63,402 bases of DNA, filler included, from Octopus bimaculoides (GCF_001194135.2; 4 parts of 4 records of this genome joined end to end with filler, not necessarily neighbours in it); one strand, 5' to 3'. Positions 23,869 to 36,324 are shown, numbered from the whole stretch's first letter. The notes: a model not told the origin generated them from the letters alone. Numbers and translations are program-made.

Positions 23869-25049
23869 TATCTGGCTCACTCGATTCACCTTTTGCTGTC
23901 TCTCGGTTAAATCCATCAGGATATTCTCCCAGCGTTGATTATTTCCGTCTCCAATGTGGCCCTAAGGCCTTATTTTGTTCGTTTATTTATATCAGTTCGT
24001 TTGAACGCTCACAGTCCCGTTTGTTTCCTCCGCTGTCTCTCGTACATCCACTACTTGTTTCGTTTTGGATTACATTTATTCCACGTTTGTATGTTAACTG
24101 TCTGTATCACATTCTTGTCTGTTTGTACATTTCCTGTCATATTTCTTGCTCTTTGGCTCTCCAATTCCCAGCGGCATTTGCCGTCGGCGCCACCAGGAGA
24201 GTATTCAGTATTATCGGTTAAGCACGAAATTACGGTTGACCCGCTAGCCGATAACTGATGAGTTGGCGACTACCTGTGTCTATTTATGCATTTATTATAT
24301 ATTTTTAACTCATTGTATATATATATAAATCAAAATAAGCAACAAGGATATCCAAAGTTAATGCAGTACGATCGTTTCATGCGACTCCATTTAATTAAGC
24401 AATGTGAACATTACATCAAATGTAAAATGCAGAGCAATCCTCAGCTGCACAAAGATATAGAAATTTAATGAAATTACATTTAAACAGGACATATTTTATA
24501 ACTATAGATATATATATATATATATATATGCATGTATGTATGTATGTATAATATTACAATGTTGTAATATAAACCACGAATCTTGTTAGATACAGCTACC
24601 CAGGATTTCCTGCTCGAAATCCTAATTTATTTCGCAAATTTTCAAGCTGAGAAGAAAACCGTTTGTGTATACGATCTTTTTCTTGGCTTGTTTTCGCGAG
24701 CGAATTTTACGCAGGGCAAAGTCCTTATCAGCTGCAAGCTTGTTGATATTGAATACGTTTCTTTTCCTCATGTATATTTTGCAGTCACATTTAACCCCCA
24801 ATAAACGAAAACTACAATATTAACATAAAATTTTGATAGATCTAAACGTTAACGTTGGACGTTAATAGCCTGATGTCTAACCGATAGGTGGACGTTACTC
24901 ACCCATGTTCTCTGATATAATCTTAAGGGACTAAGCGTGTGATATCCAGCAGCTATGGCCATCCCTTCTTAAATATTTGACCACCTACATTTTTTTTAGA
25001 ATATCTATTTGGAAGAACCTTGAAGATTAAAAATTATTTTATTTGGATA

Positions 25050-26025
25050 CATTTTAATCGAATCCATCCCACCCAAAGCAAAATGAGAAAACCTGGAAAA
25101 TGAAAACTCAACCAAATCAGAAGCAGAAGTAACAAACACAAATCAAACAAGAAAAATATAATAACTGTAGAAACATATGAATATGGAAAAAAACACGTTC
25201 AAAATGAACAAAAAAAGTCAACACAGTTAAACATTTGAATGACTATAGACTAATGACCAACAGACAAATGGACCGAAATAACAGAACGATAAAGAATGAA
25301 AGAACGCCTAAAACAAGACAAGTGACATTCGCTAAATCACATATAATCTCTTGGTTTGAGAAGCAACAATGATTCCACGAACAAAACACTTCAACATCGG
25401 CTTCAAATGATTTTATCAAGAACCATGAAAAATACCATAGAAATTAATGCAATACCAACTGCATGAGAAATGGAAGAATTTGGAGAAAGGTTTGTGCAGC
25501 AAAAGAATCTACACGGACGCAAAAGTTCAAAACAGCACAGATGGCCATTCCACTATGGAAATGTTACAAACAATAAACAACTAGAAGGCATCAAGGCGTG
25601 TTAAGATTCTACACAATTTAATGAAATGCTGAAAGAGCAGTAGAAAAAAAAAGCCATCTAATTGGTTCACTGAAGTGAAGAAACCCTTCGAAATCAATCA
25701 GACAAAATGAAGAAAATCTTTAAAAACTCGAGTGCCTTAGAAAGTCATATCAGTGCAATATCACTGAGATTAAAATACACCAGACGTGGAGAAGGGTTTT
25801 GTTTTTCATTAAATGGATGATGATGTTCTCATCACTTGTGGATTCTAGAAACATTAGTGGCATTGTTAGGATAGAACCACAAGCAAGCAGATACATTTAA
25901 CATGTCATGAAGAGATAGCAAATAATTCTGTAGACACAGAAAAAAAGTGGGGAATTAAAAACTAACCCAAACTCTATTAGAACTGAAATGCGTCAGGAGA
26001 AGAATTTCCCTTCCTATCTATCTAG

Positions 26026-26094
<69 letters not shown>

Positions 26095-27030
26095 TAAGAA
26101 AGATAGATAAATAGCGGGAAATATGGCCATATTTGGAAATGGACAACCTGAAGCTGTACGCTGGAAATGTTAAACAACTAGAAATACTGCTGGAGAGAAT
26201 ATACATATTTATGAACGGAAATGACATGATATTCAGGTTAGCAATATGATCTAAATAAAGTCTGAAGACAAGAATATCATTAGCGAACGCTAATACCGAT
26301 CTTAAATAAATAATAAAGATAAAAGTATCTCATTAAGAATAAGCTTACAAATATTTAAGGGTCTGTGACTTAGCAGATAATAATACGCACAAACGAAATA
26401 AACGTTGGGAAGGAATAAATATATTATAATTCGCTCATTATATAAATATTGGAAACATCAAAATTTTGGAAATAGTTAAGGAAAAATTGCAACAGTGGTT
26501 GAGTAAAGCAGATCTCAAAATTAAAGAAAGAATAAATCTTGATTGCGTCTCAGGTTCTAAGCCTTCCTAGTAGAAACTCTTCAAAATATTTAATGAAGCA
26601 GAATAAATGTTGGAAGCATACACAGTGGCCCTGAATACCAAACCTTTACAAAAAAAGAATAGATTTATTTGCATGACAGTGTTGGGTCTTCACACACTGG
26701 AACTTTTACTAGCATTATGAAATAAAAACAAGGCGGGGGTATTGATAAATATGATAAGTATTCAGAGAGCGATAATGCCATCATATTCTTGAATATGTCT
26801 ATCAACAGAGACAAATTAAAACTAATTCGATGGATGACTTTTTCCTAGTGATTTTTTAGGTCTACTAAAAAAGTGTCCCGATAATAAGAGTATTATTGCC
26901 AACAGATAATAATGTGATATTGTATCTCTGAAAGAAATGGAGGAATTATCAAATATAATGATACACAAATAAAAATAAGGAAAATATAAAGACTACAGAA
27001 CGAAAGAACCCTTGTACATGTAGGTGCATT
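25050..27030 (+). mobile_element. Heavily decayed non-LTR retrotransposon RT region, R4/Dong-like
   Basis: MDNLKLYAGNVKQLEILL at 26139 (cf. YMDDLKLY), AYKYL-G at ~26345, HLWILETL, and KYKD...VGAF at the C-terminus; many stops and frameshifts. Confidence 0.55.
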
Positions 27031-27529
27031 TAAACTGATTTAAAAGCATATTAACAAATATGTAACCAAAAAAAAAAAACCCAGCATAGAGACGTATAAT
27101 GAATAAGAATTCTCTTGTTCCAGTGAATCAGCCGGACGAAATCCCGTGTACGTCTATTAAGATGTAGTTACCTTCTCATAGAATCGTGTCCTTGGGCGTA
27201 CTGATGTATGTTCAGCACAGTATAAACATTGGAGGCCATATTTCCCGCTATCATTCAATATTCTCAAAATATACAATGACGTAATTTCCCTCTTACCAGC
27301 ATCTCACATAATTGATGATCTGATCCAGATGACACGTGATAATTCCGTAAATAAATCCACAAATAACTTCACAAATTAGATGTATTCGAACATTGAACGA
27401 GTGCTTTGAGAAACTTTTCTCCGTTTACAGTTCCATAATCCATGAATGCAAAGACCTCCTAAAAGACACTTTAGCTCATTTTTATGATACTTTATGTTAA
27501 TCTTTTAATAATATTCTAGATCATAATAA

Positions 27530-28780
27530 TATTCTAGATGATGAAAACAAAGTGAGCTCAAAGAAAGAACACAATATTTTTAGCACCATAATAAAACTAA
27601 AGAAAACAAAAATAAGATTTCTTGATTCAAAGCCTGTAGGGTACCTTCATTTTAAATGTGGCGTCCAATAACGTAACAAGCTTAAAAATTCAGAAACATT
27701 TCCCACACAAGCATTCTTACCACAAAAATTTCTTTATAGCATAGTCAGAAAGATAGGGCAGCGCTAATGCTTTTCAGGGTAGCAGTTTCCAATCTGGACA
27801 ATGAAACAGATGCCAACAACTTCCTCGTTATCCCACTCATCGGAATATTGCAATACTCGTTAAAGTAACGTTACAAACACCTTATTCTGCAACATAAAAA
27901 AAGCCATTCATTGGACTGGCAAGACATCACTCACCAACACATTTTAACAACTCGTTATATCACAAATAACAAATATGCTGTTTTTAGCCGCTGCTTTTCA
28001 TATGCTATCACTATGTCAATATCCGAATATTGTTTACGTCCATGTAAATCCGAGACACTTGTGTCACTTCTCTGTGCTGATCATACTCCTAATTCTCCTC
28101 CAGGAATATAATCTCCTGGAAGTCGCTCAACACTCACCTTTTCTAATAAAGGGAATTACTGTGTCTCTATTTAAAAAATTCAGTAAACTTTCTAGTCATA
28201 AGTTTAGACTTAAAGATTGGTTAATATCATCCTTACAGGAAATGTTTAAAAAGTTACATTTACCATATATATTCTATAAACACTAATCTTAAAGAATGTT
28301 AAAGAATGTTAAACATTTTGATAATGTTCTGGACCATTACAATTACAATGATGATTGAAGCAAAGTGAGCTCAAAGAAAGATCACAATATTTCCAGTATC
28401 AGAGTAATATGAAAGAAAACAAAAAAACAACAAGATATCTCAGAAACTCAAAGCACTTCCCACAAACATTCTTACTACAAGACTTTCAGTTACTGTTATA
28501 CCAGAAATGTGACTATTACGACAGCCGGGAAGAATAAATAAAACAAATATTCCACACTGACGAAATGTAAGCTATACTGGATTATGTGAAGGAGAATTTA
28601 AAAATGGCTATGCCAATCACATAGCCTCCTTCCGACATAAGGGTAAGCTTGGCTTGCTACGTATGTAGTTTGAAAGATAACGAAGCATCACATGTGATTA
28701 AGTGGATAATAATTGAGAAATCCATCTAATAATCTGGTGTAGAACGAAGTGTTAGAACGGAAATAAGAAAAGAAATATGA
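27530..28780 (+). mobile_element. Penelope-like element relics, partially tandem (RT thumb-linker-GIY-YIG)
   Basis: ~200-bp direct repeat at 27530-27730 and 28320-28480; frameshifted peptides HFP..HSYYKTF..SYCYTRN and YTGLCEGEFKNGYANHIASFRH..YVCSLKDN..IKWIIIEKS. Confidence 0.55.
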
Positions 28781-28825
28781 AAATGAGATGACAAAAGAAT
28801 AAATGATTATATTATGAACTTCATT

Positions 28826-28906
28826 ACCTTACAGCTGTTTCCGCTATGAGATGCAGTGGACTCATAGTTGAGTGCCTGGATAACATCTTGTAGCTTCATC
28901 AGAGGT
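28826..28906 (-). ncRNA. Type I hammerhead ribozyme with extended stem II
   Basis: ACCU-CUGAUGA-A-GCUA..AGAUG..ACUCA/UGAGU..CAUCU..UAGC-G-GAA-ACAGCUGU-A-AGGU. Stem I is ACCU/AGGU, stem III is the palindrome ACAGCUGU, and the cleavage triplet is GUA. Confidence 0.7.
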
Positions 28907-29350
28907 TGGCGTCAAATTTTAGTATTTTTCTCTTTTGTTTTTATCTTAACACAACATTCTTTTGCCTATGCGTTCTGAGTTCAAATTCTGCCGAGATTGA
29001 CCTTGTCATTCACCCCTTCAGGATCAAAGAAACAGTAGTTGAGCAGTGGGTGGGAGTGTCAATGTATCTTGCACCGTCCCCAAATTTCAAGTTTTGCGTC
29101 TATTGTCGAATAAATTATTAACTCACTACAAGACGAATAACTGGCAGAATCGTTAGCACCCCTGACAAAAGTCTTAGTTTTATAATCTGAGTTAAAAATT
29201 ACACTGGGGTCGACTTTCCTTTTCATTATTTCGGGAGAAAAAAAATTAAGTACCAGTCGATGTAAAAAATTAAGTACAGGGGTCGATGTAATCAACTAGT
29301 CTCATTACCCCCACACAAGTCCCAGGTCTTGTGCCAGTAGAAGTTAGAAT
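28907..29350 (+). mobile_element. Two tandem SINE family A copies
   Basis: gcgttctgagttcaaattctgccgagattgacc...(28970) and actggcagaatcgttagcacc...ctgagttaaaaattacactggggtcgact (29140). Confidence 0.8.
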
Positions 29351-29624
29351 TAATGCAATGTCATACACTGTAAACTCTTTCGTCGCATACTCTTAGACAC
29401 ACGGACGCATTCCAAACACGGATGCATTTCACAGACGCGCATACACACTCACATATAATGACATGGCTCGCACAGTTCATGATATTGTGTGTCTACGATT
29501 ATTGAGGATATTCCACTGATATTATCGTCAGGACATCAAATAGATAACAGTGCATTATTAGCTTATAAAAGACATTTATTAGCATGTAGCAATAAAAAAG
29601 AAAACCTGCGAGTAAATAGTCTTT

Positions 29625-29648
29625 TTATTTATTTATTATTATTATTAC

Positions 29649-29705
<57 letters not shown>

Positions 29706-29732
29706 CATTATTTATTTATTTATTTATTTTAT
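29625..29732. repeat. (ATT)n microsatellite
   Basis: Direct run. Confidence 0.95.
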
Positions 29733-30339
29733 TCCTTTTGTAATTATAGAATCAGTCTGGAAATTTCGCAGTTTTAGTATTGGTTCGAGAGTGTGAATAA
29801 AAGAGTGAAAATTTCGTAAGCGTGAAAAAAAAAAAAAATAGAAGAAAAAGAAAACGAAAGGGAAATAAATAAATGAAAAAAAAAATTCAAAGAAAAGATT
29901 TAATCGTTTACGAATTATAGAAAAATCCATAAATAGATTATAGATATAAAGCAATAAGGGAATACATATCAAGTCAACCGAACATTATCGCACGACTATC
30001 TATGTCAGCGGTGAACACTCAATAATAAGGAAGTATGAAAGGGAGGAGGTTTCTTCAAAAATTCAAATGACGTGGCCATAAGGGTGTGGGGTTGGTGAGA
30101 AGGGATGTCTGGCCACCTAACTGAGATATTGGAGAAAATGTGTTGTAGTCAGACAATTGGTGATTTCTAACAAAGAGACGGTGAGACGGAATTGTAGGTA
30201 CCAACGCGCTGACAAAAGAGACGATCAGACAGATTCATCCCCGTACAAACGCAAAGGTGAATAGACAAACACAGAGGCATAAAAAAAACACATAAATATA
30301 CACGAAGCATTAATTTCCGATACATTATTGGTCGATATA

Positions 30340-30351
30340 TATGTATAACTC

Positions 30352-30411
<60 letters not shown>

Positions 30412-30452
30412 CTATCTATCTATCTATCTGTCTGTCTGTCTGTCTGCCTGTT

Positions 30453-30497
<45 letters not shown>

Positions 30498-30508
30498 TTC
30501 TCTCTACT

Positions 30509-30549
<41 letters not shown>

Positions 30550-30771
30550 ATATCTTTCTCACTTTGTCTCTCGCACTCTCTATCTATCTATCTATCTGTC
30601 TGTCTATTTATCTATCTGCCTGTCTATATGTCTGTCTGTCTATCTATCTGTCTGTTTGTCCATCTATCTATTTGTCTCTCTCTCCCTACCTCTCTCTCCC
30701 TCTCTATCAATCTATTTATCTACCTCTCTGTATGTATATATGCACATATGTATGTATGTATGACACAAACC

Positions 30772-30817
<46 letters not shown>

Positions 30818-30835
30818 TGTGTGTGTGTGTGTGCT

Positions 30836-30865
<30 letters not shown>
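30340..30865. repeat. Compound microsatellites (CTAT, CTGT, TA, TG)
   Basis: Direct runs. Confidence 0.95.
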
Positions 30866-30866
<1 letters not shown>

Positions 30867-31113
30867 GATCCAACGATCAAGTCGTAGGAACTTGGTGAGC
30901 TTCAAGTAATCCGTGGAACAGATAAGAAAACAACTTTTAGGAACAGCAGTGGTTCATTGCTACAGAAGGTTGTAAATGTTACCCGTATCAAAGTAAGATG
31001 AAAACAGTTAATTTCATGGTTCACGGTTAGCTACAGGCGTTGTTTGATATGCGAATAAACATTAAAAAATTGAGGAATGGAGAAGATAAAATCCAGACTA
31101 AATATAATTTATA

Positions 31114-31338
31114 GCTAGCGGGACCTCGGAAGTAGGAAATTATCCAAATGAGGGTTAGACCGCAAGCTACTCTTCAGGAAATGTTACCTTGTTTATATAA
31201 AGTTTATATTGTCGTTAAGAGAGCCAGCGTTAACTCATTGAGGATTCGATCGAAATGTCAAGATAACGCTTGACCTGAAGTGTAGCTTGCGGTCTGCGCC
31301 TCGTTTGGACAATTTACTACTTTCGAGGTTTCACTAGG
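31114..31338. mobile_element. MITE, ~225 bp, ~65-bp TIRs, TA-flanked
   Basis: Left arm ctagcgggacctcggaagtaggaaattatccaaatgagggttagaccgcaagctactcttcagg; reverse-complemented right arm ctagtgaaacctcgaaagtagtaaattgtccaaacgaggcgcagaccgcaagctacacttcagg. Confidence 0.8.
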
Positions 31339-31399
31339 TATGAATCATATAGGGATGAAACATATACGAATTCACACAAAAAGAAACAAAAGACGCAGG

Positions 31400-32275
31400 T
31401 GGTGTAGACAGCAAACGATGTATTAGTTTGACGCTCGGGAAGTGAAAACGCTCTTCCACAGAAAGGAACACAGAAAGAAACACAGAGAGAGAATAAAGAA
31501 TGTGTAGTGGCTAGTGATCTATCATGGCGAATTCCGGACGGAGGGGTCACACATGAGAGCTAGGAGGAAGGGGAGATAATAAAGTTGTGGGAATGGGATG
31601 GGGTATGTGGGAATGGATGTAAGGGATGGGGTGGGTGGGATGGGATGGGATGGATAGAGAAGGTGGGGTTGGATGAAGGGAGGGGAAGGGAGGAGGTGGG
31701 TAGGAGTGAAGAGTAGAGAGAAGGAGAGTAGAAGTGAAGAGAAGAAGGAGTCGGAGCAAGAGAGGAGAGGTAAGTGGGAGGAAGTAGGTGTGAGAGGAAG
31801 AGAGAAGAGGGGAAGAGGGTTAGATGAAGAGGGGAGGAGAGTTGAGCTCATGTGATGCAAAGGAGCGAAGAGAGAAGATTAATTCCTGTTCACAGCGAAG
31901 ACGGGAGTTCGGACGCCCCCNNNNNNNNNNCGCGAGACTGGGGTGTCATTGCCGAGTCGGATGTCTCGGAAGTGTTTCGAGTACCGGTCAACCAAGCGGC
32001 GTCCCGTTTGCCCGATGTATAGAGAGGGGCAGAGAGAGCAAAAGATGCAGTAGATGACATTGCTAGAAGTGCAGGTGAAGAGGTCGGTGATATGACAGGG
32101 TCGATGATGGGTGCTGGTGAGGAGGGTGGTGTTGTAGAGGTAAGGGCAAATGCGGCAGCATGGTCGAGAGCAGGGGAACGAGCCGGGCTGGGAGGTTGGG
32201 TTAGGGAAGAAGCTGTGGACCAAGAGGTCTCGTAGGTTGTGGGCTCGTTTGAAGGAGGGGAGGGGTCGGTTAGGG
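31400..32275 (-). mobile_element. Penelope-like element 3' fragment: Cys-rich linker, GIY-YIG endonuclease and pyrimidine-rich 3' region
   Basis: PCSRPCCRICPY...FTCTSSNVIYCIFCSLCPSLYIGQTGRRLVDRYSKHFRDIR, then RLRCEQELIFSLRSFASHELN after the 10-N gap. Confidence 0.85.
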
Positions 32276-32278
32276 CCA

Positions 32279-32530
32279 ACATATGAATTCTTTTAAGAAC
32301 AAAAATTTAATGAACTCTACGGGCCTGAGTAAATACATTTGGGAACTTAAATCAAAAAGAATAGAATACTAGTTAAAATGGGAAATAGATTGCAAGGCTA
32401 AATCATGTAGGATAGGGAATAAATTCTGCTTATTATGTACTAATGAATTTAAAGAGATATTATTAGCTAATAAAAAAAATTAACTCCCACGATGAACGTA
32501 ATATTAAATGCAGACAAAATTAAATTACTT
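32279..32530 (+). mobile_element. Second-lineage Penelope-like GIY-YIG C-terminal fragment
   Basis: HMNSFKNKNLMNSTGLSKYIWELKSKRIEY*LKWEIDCKAKSCRIGNKFCLLCTNEFKEILL; same type as the peptides at 28570-28730. Confidence 0.65.
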
Positions 32531-32754
32531 ATATAATAAGTTTAGATAACTAATTTATTTATTTAAACCTAGTATTAGGTACCAACTTATAGTTATGATC
32601 AGTAGCATAAAACACATCAAAGTAGCTTTAGAATACACTTTAATCATTACAATATTATACTAAATTGGAGCATATAACTACCTTTACTTTAAGTATTCAT
32701 CGATAATATGAGCAGTCTTTTACAATGTTTCATAACATTATTTAAGTAATATAT

Positions 32755-33170
32755 AACTTTCGTATTTGGTATAGTTATTATTCTGCGTAAATCTGTGAGT
32801 TTTAAGTATTTTAATATTTTTAGTATTATTAATCTTCAATAAACTTTTTATTTTAGGTAGATCTTCTTTTTCGATATTTTCGTTATTATTTTATTAATTA
32901 TAATACGTATTTAACCCTGGTAATTGACGCCATGTTTATCACGTGACTTTTCAGTATTAATTTTCGTAGCATTATTTACGTAATATAGAATTTTCGTATG
33001 CGTATAGTTATTACTCTGCGATAATTGACAAGTTTAAGTACTTTAGTACTTTTAATCCTCAAGAAACTTTTTATTTTAGGTAGATTTTCTTTTTCGATAT
33101 TTTCGTTATTATTATTTTAGTAATTATAATACGCATGTACTTCTGGGTAATAGACACCATATTCAACACA
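32755..33170 (+). repeat. Diverged two-copy tandem duplication, ~225-235-bp period
   Basis: cgtat..gtatagttatta.tctgcg at 32761 and 32995; aaactttttattttaggtagat at 32841 and 33064. Confidence 0.8.
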
Positions 33171-33377
33171 GTGATACATTATATTTGAGAACACAAAGGA
33201 CCAAACTGCAGAGAAATTTGTATATACCGCATCGTACTATATAATCAGAAGACCGAGTGGATGTAAATCTGTAGAAGAAATAACTTCCTCTCTGCGATAA
33301 AGACACTAGCCGTATATACTTATACATACATACCTATACACACACATACATACATATACATACATAAGCATATTTAC

Positions 33378-33444
<67 letters not shown>

Positions 33445-33544
33445 NNNNNNNNNNNNNNNNNNNNNNNNNNNNNNNNNNNNNNNNNNNNTTAATTAATTAA
33501 NNNNNNNNNNNNNNNNNNNNNNNNNNNNNNNNNNNNNNNNNNNN
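33445..33544. other. Artificial scaffold join N44-TTAATTAATTAA-N44
   Basis: Same structure as 16385-16484. Confidence 0.95.
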
Positions 33545-34535
33545 GAGTCATCCCATAAATAATGTGGTTTTTTTCAATTGCATGTACTAAAAGTCAGAGG
33601 GGGATGGGATAAACTACCTGCATCAACTTGCTAAAAAAAAACAGGTAGTAATTTTACCTTGTACTTATTCTTAGTGCAAATTTTGAAGAGTGCAGTTCAA
33701 TTTTGACAGTTATTTTAACAGTTACTTTTTCAAAACTATAATGGAAGTGACAAGGGAGAATATTCAGCATATTTTGCTTTATGAATTCAATAAAGGCAAC
33801 AACGCAACAGAAAGTGCAAGGAATATTAATGCAGTATATGGAGATTGGACAATAAGCGTAAGCCAGTGTCAACGGTGGTTCCAGGAATTCCAAGCCAGAA
33901 ACTACAGCTTAGAAGATGAGCTTCATCCTGGAACATCTGGAACAACAAAGACATCCTGCAAACCCTGGTGGAACAAAATCACATTGTAACTTGAGGAATT
34001 AGCAGAGAAGCTTGGATTTGGTCGTTCAACCATTCATTGACACCTGCATGTCATTGGAAAAGTCAGCAAATTGGGTCAATGGGTTCCTCACAAACTTTCT
34101 GAGTCTAATCGCTTCCAGAGAGTGAATGTGTGCTCTTCTTTGCTGTCATATCTCATAAATGAACCTTTTTTGGTCCAAATAATGACTGGTGACAAGAAAT
34201 AGGTACACTATAAAAAAGTCAAGCACTGAAGACATTGGGTAGGGAAAGGAGAAACACTGGCATCCCAGGCTAAAGCAGGTCTTCACCCACGTAAGGTGTT
34301 GTTATCTGTTTGGTGGAATATGAAAGGTTTAGTCCACTCTGAACTTGTAAACCCAAACCAAATGATAAGAAAGGAGATCTAGTGTGAGCAGCTTTAGAAG
34401 AAAAACAACTATCTTAGGTTTCAAAACGAATGGTGTTCTTCCATCAGGATAATGCTTGGCCACATGCAGCAAGGATGACATTCCAAAGGCTGCAGCAGTT
34501 TGAATGGGAAATGATGCCCCACCCACCATTTAGAA
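33545..34535 (+). mobile_element. Mariner transposon, decayed transposase pseudogene
   Basis: ATG at 33741: MEVTRENIQHILLYEFNKGNNATESARNINAVYG...WFQEF; WVPHKL, MTGDKK*, KVLLSVWW, HQDNAWPH, PHPP; multiple stops and frameshifts; TIR-like start gagtcatcccataaataatgtggtttt. Confidence 0.9.
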
Positions 34536-34799
34536 ACTTACATATAAGAGACCAAAGTGTACGTACGCTGCTATNNNNNNNNNNNNNNNNNNNNNNNNNN
34601 NNNNNNNNNNNNNNNNNNNNNNNNNNNNNNNNNNNNNNNNNNNNNNNNNNNNNNNNNNNNNNNNNNNNNNNNNNNNNNNNNNNNNNNNNNNNNNNNNNNN
34701 NNNNNNNNNNNNNNNNNNNNNNNNNNNNNNNNNNNNNNNNNNNNNNNNNNNNNNNNNNNNNNNNNNNNNNNNNNNNNNNNNNNNNNNNNNNNNNNNNNN

Positions 34800-35190
34800 A
34801 TATATAAATACAAAATGGGACAAGAACACAAAACATCCAGACAGTTAGGTGGTACAAGAAAGGGACAACAAAACATCCAGATAGACGATATAAAGAAAAC
34901 AAGGACAGGTCATTTGGAGCTTTCTTTCCTCAGTCAAGTTCCAGATTATCTTTGCAATTTCAGCTGATTATACTCGAGATTGCTCCAATCTGGCCAGCCC
35001 CAAGGAAAAACTAAGCTAAGAGAATTAGATTGCTTGGAAGAAAGCAGCGAATGTATACGAAAACAAGGACGGGGAAAAAACAGAGAAGGTTACACAAATA
35101 CAAATAACAAGACATAACAACAAGTGTCTTTCGACTAATGACAAATTAAATCAAGCTGACGTGTGTGGAAATAAAGCGTTACGGCAGGGA
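34800..35190 (-). repeat. Interspersed repeat remnant, possibly a PLE terminal region
   Basis: The minus strand has ggctgg...gagtataatcagctgaaa, resembling the 1470-1500 stem II region; internal 16-bp direct repeat caaaacatccaga.ag. Confidence 0.3.
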
Positions 35191-35263
35191 TACAAATATA
35201 TATATATAGAGAGATATACATACTTTCAGGCATGCATTCATATATCTGTCTATCACTCTCTAA

Positions 35264-35300
<37 letters not shown>

Positions 35301-36256
35301 CATTTACACACACACACGGATCTCAGTAAGTCTTGTAGTTTACCAAACATCAATAGAAGACAAGATGAAATATTGAAATAGATGTCAAAGTCTGCCTGAA
35401 TACAAAGTTATTGGATACCGTTATGATCAATTCCAACAACTTATGAAACTAATTTAGAATTCTAGAATATAAAAATTATTTCTTTACAGTTACTTCAGCT
35501 AGTATCTACAATTGATTATTTTCTTGACATAGCACAAGCACAGTTTTATTACATAGGTTCAAAGAAGAGTTCAATAAGTTTAAATGTCATGAAGAGTGAC
35601 AAATGTAACATTCTGGGCTTCTTCCATTCATCTGAATGTGAGGAAGATAAAGATAATTTTATGACCTTGGTCCCAAGCCAACTTACTCTATTTTCAGCAC
35701 TTTCCCTATCTTCATTATTGACAAAGTTATGACATTATTTTCCAAGTTTCCAATTTTCATGTATTGTTATTTCGCAGCTTCTGTACATCACTACATTATA
35801 TTTTATCATTGATTTAACAGGACCCCAGCAACCAAGCAAATTAGAAGTTTATTTTCAAATATTTTGTAGCATTTCTGCATTACGTTGTATCATATATATA
35901 AATGTATTTTTGTTGTTAACCCATTATTGCCTGAAGGATTGTATGCATGTATGTACAAATGCATTTATGTGTGTGTAGACATGAAAGTACGTACTCGCCT
36001 TTATATATTTGATTTTCTTTATATATTTGATTCTCTATATTTAATACTCAATATTTCATATATTCAAAAAGACATTCAACACTTCATTTCATTTTTCATT
36101 TTACCATTTAATTTTATAAGAATATAAATAAAACATAAAAAACAGATAGAGTTGGAACTCTTTTAAATAATATATTTCTCTATACACGATCATACAAAAC
36201 CCTTTTTTTGTATATATTTTTTTATTTTTTCATTTTGCATATTTATTTTTATTCAC

Positions 36257-36324
<68 letters not shown>

